From a virus (lineage: Duplodnaviria > Caudoviricetes), in the IMG/VR virus record IMGVR_UViG_3300035676_000011, positions 1 through 48,846 of that record: a stretch of 48,846 bases of DNA. One strand, written 5' to 3'. Position 1 is the stretch's first letter. Every line of letters begins with the position of its first letter. Below the pieces are notes generated by a model. The model had not been told where the DNA came from and ran no database searches. It saw only the letters and a list, made by a program, of their open reading frames with translations. Made by a program: the position numbers and the translations under genes. Positions 44,897-48,846 of the stretch are shown in pieces.

Positions 44897-46885
44897 TTAA
44901 AGCATTATTACGGTCTGGAATTGCTGCTCCTCTTCCAATAAGTAAGCTAATCCCATTGAAAAGCAATCAACACGGTCGTCATCTGCTCCTCGCGGAAACA
45001 TAGTTAATTCATGCATTGCTTCTTTTGCCCATGTTACCACGCTGTCATCAGGAAAGTAAACATTGCCTGCCAAAAGAAGAGGTAACACACGTTCGACACG
45101 TTGAAATTTATCCCCTCTGGGATTGTATAGGATAATGCCAGGAACAGTGCCCTCCAGGTCTGACTCTATCGCAGCGCCATTGGCCTTATTTTCTATTACT
45201 TTTGTTATTGCTTTAGGCCACTTTTCTGTGAGTTTTAAAAGCTCTGTCCGTGATTCTGCATAACTCCACCTATCGCGTGACTCGTCCAAAACATAGAATT
45301 TTCCTTTTATTCTACCCATTATCCAACCACAAACGAAACTGGAAGTTTTGGCCTGTGATTTCGAGAAGCGTAAATCCCAAACCTGGATGAGTTTATCAAA
45401 TTCTTCTGATTTTGGGGAAGATAAATAACGATGAAACATCTTTTCTTTTATTAAATTTCCTCCAGGTGCTTGTGGGCGCTGCTGGTAAAGAGCCTCCCAC
45501 CAACGAGGAGCGATAGAGCTTTTTATTCGTAAAAGTTCTTCAGCAGACCAACGCGAGGGCAAGAAAGATTCCCCTGTTTTACGGTGTTCTTCGTCTTTTT
45601 CCGCAAGTGCTTGATACTCTACTAAATCCCACTTATCGGAACCCGTAGTGTGTTTTTCTTCATGTAGTACTCGGCCTACAAGATCATCTGGATGCCATCT
45701 GGTCTGAACTACTAAAATACCTCCTCCAGGAGTTAACCTTGTCCTTGCCGTCGAAGAATACCAATCCCACAACGCGGCTCTGGCATTCGCAGAATCAGCC
45801 TCCTCGAAGTCTTTTAGCGTGTCATCCAGTATTAAACAATTGTGAACTAAAATATCTTCCGCAAAAAAATTGTGGTTTTGCTCTACTTGAATATCATAAA
45901 CTATTTCTTGATGACCAGTAGGAAGTACACCATGAACGTATATGTCTTGAAACACATTTGATTTTTCATTCATACACAAACACATGTCTTTTTTTAGTAA
46001 GTTTTTAGCTTCGACATATCCTTTGCCAGATACATAAAATTGATGATCTTCTGTGCAAAAAAGTGATTTTAAAATTGGATATGTTTTATAACTTTTTTTA
46101 GTTATCCATTGACGTTTTTTCTTCAATGCCAATATTTTTGTGGTGTATTCTCTCCTACTTCCAATAAAAAACTGTACACATACAGTGGCTTTATATGTGT
46201 ATGTTGTGGCTAAGACATGTCTATATTCTCTTTTCCCAAGGATATGATTAAAACTCAGAACTAAATCTCCCGGTTTAATGTCTTGGATAAATTTTTTAGT
46301 ATGCGAACAAATATGATTTCTAGTATACATATTACTTATAGTTAAAGGATTTCTAATAGAGCATCCTTCATGAATAGTTATTTTTGTAAAAGCAACAAAA
46401 CAATTAGCACCTGCACCCGTTATTGATCCACCTTTTCCTACTGCTCTATACGTTCCGCCCAACTGGTAATTCCGTTCTTTCGAATTGGAAACCGCCCATT
46501 CCTCAACCGCCCCATGATCTTGTGCCAGTTTAATATGTGGCCACAATGTTTTAATATAAGAATGGCTTTCTAATAATGACCTCGTAAACCTGGAAAACCT
46601 ATTAACTAACGATTGTGAATAAGACGCAACTAATACTTCCCAGACTGGGTTGTTTAGTAGGCAATATAAAGCAAATCTTACAGTTATTGTCTGCGATTTT
46701 CCGGATCTAGGAGGCAGGCAAACTATAAGTCTAGGAGATTTTGCAAAGCGAATATCCAACATAAATTTCTTGAGTCGTTCGCATAAATCAACATATATCC
46801 AGCCGTCAATAAAATCAGGGAATGTGGCTAAAAGAAATCGATGGAAATCTCGCCTTCGCTGCTCTATCAAAAGTTCATCTTGCAT
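44897..46885 (-). CDS. terL: Terminase large subunit (intein-containing)
   Basis: Walker A PPRSGKS, Walker B LILDD, QTRWHPDDL, ALYQQRP, DDRVD. Confidence 0.95.
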   Translation of the reverse strand: MQDELLIEQRRRDFHRFLLATFPDFIDGWIYVDLCERLKKFMLDIRFAKSPRLIVCLPPRSGKSQTITVRFALYCLLNNPVWEVLVASYSQSLVNRFSRFTRSLLESHSYIKTLWPHIKLAQDHGAVEEWAVSNSKERNYQLGGTYRAVGKGGSITGAGANCFVAFTKITIHEGCSIRNPLTISNMYTRNHICSHTKKFIQDIKPGDLVLSFNHILGKREYRHVLATTYTYKATVCVQFFIGSRREYTTKILALKKKRQWITKKSYKTYPILKSLFCTEDHQFYVSGKGYVEAKNLLKKDMCLCMNEKSNVFQDIYVHGVLPTGHQEIVYDIQVEQNHNFFAEDILVHNCLILDDTLKDFEEADSANARAALWDWYSSTARTRLTPGGGILVVQTRWHPDDLVGRVLHEEKHTTGSDKWDLVEYQALAEKDEEHRKTGESFLPSRWSAEELLRIKSSIAPRWWEALYQQRPQAPGGNLIKEKMFHRYLSSPKSEEFDKLIQVWDLRFSKSQAKTSSFVCGWIMGRIKGKFYVLDESRDRWSYAESRTELLKLTEKWPKAITKVIENKANGAAIESDLEGTVPGIILYNPRGDKFQRVERVLPLLLAGNVYFPDDSVVTWAKEAMHELTMFPRGADDDRVDCFSMGLAYLLEEEQQFQTVIML
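45839..46402 (-). mobile_element. Mini-intein (188 aa) in terminase large subunit
   Basis: Starts CFVAFT after GAGAN; block B CTEDH; block F VYDIQV; ends VHN followed by Cys. Confidence 0.92.
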
Positions 46886-47474
46886 TTTTTTCCAACTCTG
46901 CCATTAGTTCTTCGTCTGACAGTTCCTTAACATCCTTGCCAAAAGTAGGCAAATTCTTCCCAACTTTTTTTATCGGCATAGAGTCGTCTCGCACAATGTT
47001 TTTTAGCTCGGAAAAGTTGTAGGTATATCTGCGTTCTAAATAAAATGAGGCTGCCCGCCAATCTTTGTCGGCCGCGCGTTTTATCTTATCAATCCAACTT
47101 TGCATCTCTTTTGCTTGAGCAAAGTTGATTGCTTTTAAAACTGCTGTGTGCTGTAACGCGATTTGTTTTATTTCGGCGTGATTTTCTCCCAATGATTCAA
47201 CTGCCTCGGAAAAAATAAGACCTCCTTTAATGCGTAAAATAATTTTCAAAGTTAATTCGTACATATTTTGACCAGAGGTAGTAAAAATCTCTTTCAGATA
47301 TTCTGGCAGTTTCTCCGGTTTATCATCATCAGCTAATGACCTAAGAAATGCTTGCTCATCATACGGTTTTTTTGCAGGTGATGGAGGAGAAAAAGACGAG
47401 AACTCTTTAATCAAGTCAGTGTCTATGGAGCTCAATTGTTTTTGCTGTTCGTCGCTCTTTTTCTTTTTTGTCAT
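46875..47474 (-). CDS. terS: Terminase small subunit
   Basis: Directly upstream of terL; KDWRAASFYLERR and LSDEEL motifs. Confidence 0.75.
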   Translation of the reverse strand: MTKKKKSDEQQKQLSSIDTDLIKEFSSFSPPSPAKKPYDEQAFLRSLADDDKPEKLPEYLKEIFTTSGQNMYELTLKIILRIKGGLIFSEAVESLGENHAEIKQIALQHTAVLKAINFAQAKEMQSWIDKIKRAADKDWRAASFYLERRYTYNFSELKNIVRDDSMPIKKVGKNLPTFGKDVKELSDEELMAELEKNAR

Positions 47475-47652
47475 TTCTTAGTTCCAAAAATAAATTATAT
47501 ACTTCTTTCTTATTTTTGGCATACATGCGAACTAAAGTCAAAAAACGAGCCAGGGTAGTTTCACAGCATGATGGACGAGCTAAGCTAATAGCATACTCTA
47601 CTAACTCTGCTTCAGTAGGGGGTTTGCAAGTTAAGTCTAAGATATTACTCAT
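47416..47652 (-). CDS. Hypothetical protein
   Basis: ATG just after the dUTPase stop; the longer ORF call overlaps dUTPase. Confidence 0.5.
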   Translation of the reverse strand: MSNILDLTCKPPTEAELVEYAISLARPSCCETTLARFLTLVRMYAKNKKEVYNLFLELRNDKKEKERRTAKTIELHRH

Positions 47653-47656
47653 TTTT

Positions 47657-48082
47657 TTAATTTCCAGTGCTACCAAAGCCACCTTCGCGAGCCACATTAC
47701 GGATTGCAAACGAGTGCGATCTAATGCAGGATAGACATATGATTTGCGCGATGCGATCACCTGCATTAACCAAAAATGCATCTTCCCCACAGTTGGTGAG
47801 TATCGCGTGAATCTCTCTTGAATGGAAATCTACATCAATAGTTCCATCGTGGCAAATGATCCCTTTGCGAGACAAAGAAGAGCGAGGGCATAATTTAATA
47901 AAAGGTAGCCAGTTATCCCCATGATCAAAATCGAAATCAACTACAAAAAGACCAAGCGGAATTACCTTTGTCTCGAATCTTTGAATTATCGTAGTTATCT
48001 GAGAAATAACATCTGCTCCAGCACTATATTTAGTTTTATATTCTACTTTATTTATTCCCCGATACTCAAATTCTATTTTCAT
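47657..48082 (-). CDS. dut: Trimeric dUTPase
   Basis: AGAD, RSS, GTIDVDF, RIAQ, REGGFGSTG motifs. Confidence 0.93.
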   Translation of the reverse strand: MKIEFEYRGINKVEYKTKYSAGADVISQITTIIQRFETKVIPLGLFVVDFDFDHGDNWLPFIKLCPRSSLSRKGIICHDGTIDVDFHSREIHAILTNCGEDAFLVNAGDRIAQIICLSCIRSHSFAIRNVAREGGFGSTGN

Positions 48083-48259
48083 TCTGCTTCTCCATTTCCT
48101 GCACAACTATTTCTGCATAATTTTTAGTTTTTTCTTCTCAATTCTTTTTATCAACATTTTTCAGCCAACTAAGACGTACGCCTGTTGAAAAAATACTAGC
48201 AATCACTTCCACTAAAACTTCTCGTTTAATCTTAATAATATTATTTGAATGTGTCATTT

Positions 48260-48424
48260 CTATATCTCCCAATCATCACAGATATGATCGCTTTGCTCTT
48301 TATCTTCGAAAATAAAATCATGCTTATGACATTTAAAGCTCATATCAATTAGATAGTTACTATACAAGCATGTATCACAGGCTTCATATTCACCGTATAG
48401 ATATTTAAAATGTTCAGGTCGCAT
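48260..48424 (-). CDS. 54-aa Cys-rich protein (not in ORF track)
   Basis: GGAG SD; MRPEHF...CDTC...KCHKH...ICDDW. Confidence 0.6.
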   Translation of the reverse strand: MRPEHFKYLYGEYEACDTCLYSNYLIDMSFKCHKHDFIFEDKEQSDHICDDWEI

Positions 48425-48448
48425 AATACACTCCACTAGATTAATAAT

Positions 48449-48619
48449 CTACTTGAAGACTATGGAAGCAAGCTTTGTTAACTGCTTATTGATCTCCTTT
48501 TGATCCTCCATGCTAAATCCATTTTCTGCTAGATATTTTGCCAAGTCTTCTCTAGATAGAGATCCAATAACGAAACCCAAATGAAACCAAAAACTCGTAT
48601 TATCCATTTTCTTTATCAT
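48449..48619 (-). CDS. Hypothetical protein following HNH across the circular junction
   Basis: ATG follows the HNH stop (TAATATG). Confidence 0.5.
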   Translation of the reverse strand: MIKKMDNTSFWFHLGFVIGSLSREDLAKYLAENGFSMEDQKEINKQLTKLASIVFK

Positions 48620-48846
48620 ATTAAGAAAATTCTTTCCTTGCTTTTTTAGATATGCCAACAGCTTCTATTTTTTGTTTCGCATTTTCATAGCGATGGCAGC
48701 GTTCGCATAAAACTTTAAGCTCTGTCGAATGGCATAGCATTTTGTCAATCAATTCATCATAAGTTTTCCAGCCATGCATTGATTTTGTATGATGTACTTC
48801 TACTAACTTTATATTAAATATCTCTTCGCAATTCTCACAACGATTA
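48527..48846. repeat. Terminal direct repeat, right copy
   Basis: Copy of 1-320 with differences at 48654, 48661, 48708 and 48732. Confidence 0.95.

Larger units (their letters stand above)
1..48846. mobile_element. Complete tailed bacteriophage genome (siphovirus-like, about 48.5 kb circular unit)
   Basis: Terminase, portal, protease, capsid, tail tube, tape measure, lysin and replication genes are all present; the ends are redundant; no tail sheath or integrase seen. Confidence 0.95.

Noticed and set aside
44877-44966. Extended portal N-terminus in the ORF track, and similar extensions at 41503, 32254, 20803, 14556, 14562 and 5480
   Set aside because: They overlap neighbouring genes or lack an SD; downstream ATGs have well-spaced SDs.
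1-48846. Alternative genetic code or tRNA genes
   Set aside because: Standard-code ORFs tile the genome densely and no cloverleaf was noticed.

Overview
The window is an apparently complete, AT-rich tailed-phage (siphovirus-type) genome. Bases 1-320 recur at 48527-48846 with 4 substitutions, giving a circular unit of about 48,526 bp. A long minus-strand run starts near 1979, wraps through the ends and continues to 15856. It covers small early genes, HNH, dUTPase, terminases (large subunit with a mini-intein), a portal-MuF fusion, prohead protease, HK97-type capsid, extra head-region genes, neck, tail tube, G/GT chaperones, a 2299-aa tape measure and tail tip/fibre. The replication module (prim-pol/VapE helicase, PolA, PD-(D/E)XK nuclease, annealing protein, SNF2 helicase) sits beside an iteron-like GGGGCA array. 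An accessory/lysis block at 12.4-15.9 kb includes an M15 endolysin. No integrase, tRNA or CRISPR array was seen. The most notable unexplained signal is a set of CsrA/RsmA-consensus A(N)GGA stem-loops over the ribosome-binding sites of abundant-protein genes. Other highlights are a secreted peptide with mirror-symmetric cysteines plus a membrane partner, and a Cys-to-Asp pseudophosphatase. All calls come from motif recognition by eye; no database search or folding program was run.
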